A DNA stretch of 64,000 bases from Lama guanicoe. Taxonomy: Eukaryota. Below are positions 63,917 to 64,000 of the stretch, one piece after another. A model generated the notes under the pieces. That model was not told the origin of the DNA. It did no database searches and worked only from the letters and a program-made list of their open reading frames with translations. Each line of letters starts with the position of its first letter. The first letter of the stretch is position 1. The stretch spans positions 1,046,274 through 1,110,273 of the forward strand of contig MU053645.1 of the NCBI GenBank assembly GCA_013239625.1, read 5' to 3'. Both the position numbers and the translations under genes were made by a program.

Positions 63917-64000
63917 GGGGGGTGGGAAGGGACAGACTGGGATTTCAAAATGTAGAAGAGATAAACAAGATTATACTGTATAGCACAGGGAAATATATAC
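63917..64000 (+). mobile_element. Young L1 3'UTR fragment running off the window
   Basis: gggggtgggaagggacagactgggatttcaaaatgtag...tatagcacagggaaatatatac, same family as 7576-8280. Confidence 0.9.

Noticed and set aside
1..64000. CRISPR arrays, operons or other prokaryotic systems
   Set aside because: The sequence is mammalian repeat-rich non-coding DNA, with no regularly spaced repeat-spacer array or gene-dense region.

Overview
Non-coding mammalian genomic DNA, AT-rich and dense in repeats, with two small assembly gaps (5404-5441, 44960-45021). A tRNA-derived SINE resembling camelid Vic-1 (26212-26370) and the young L1 3'UTR type point to a camelid (camel, alpaca or llama). No recognisable host protein-coding exon was found. 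The ORFs with recognisable homology are transposon remnants: L1 ORF1/ORF2 C-termini and a Tigger transposase piece. The window is a mosaic of ancient MIR, L2, MaLR, hAT and Tigger elements plus lineage-specific L1s and solo ERV LTRs, many with readable target-site duplications (TSDs). The most notable structure is a three-layer L1 nest at 43.1-46.9 kb. Its middle member is a CpG-rich, TSD-bounded, doubly internally deleted L1 of about 2.4 kb, and its second deletion junction matches to the base the 5' start of an independent copy at 7576. Also notable are four solo LTRs in 3.8 kb (one nested, two inverted), a few well-formed candidate exons (a 120-nt minus-strand exon and an 18-nt plus-strand microexon) and motif-rich repeat-free candidate enhancers. 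Subfamily names come from recalled consensus sequences, not from a search.
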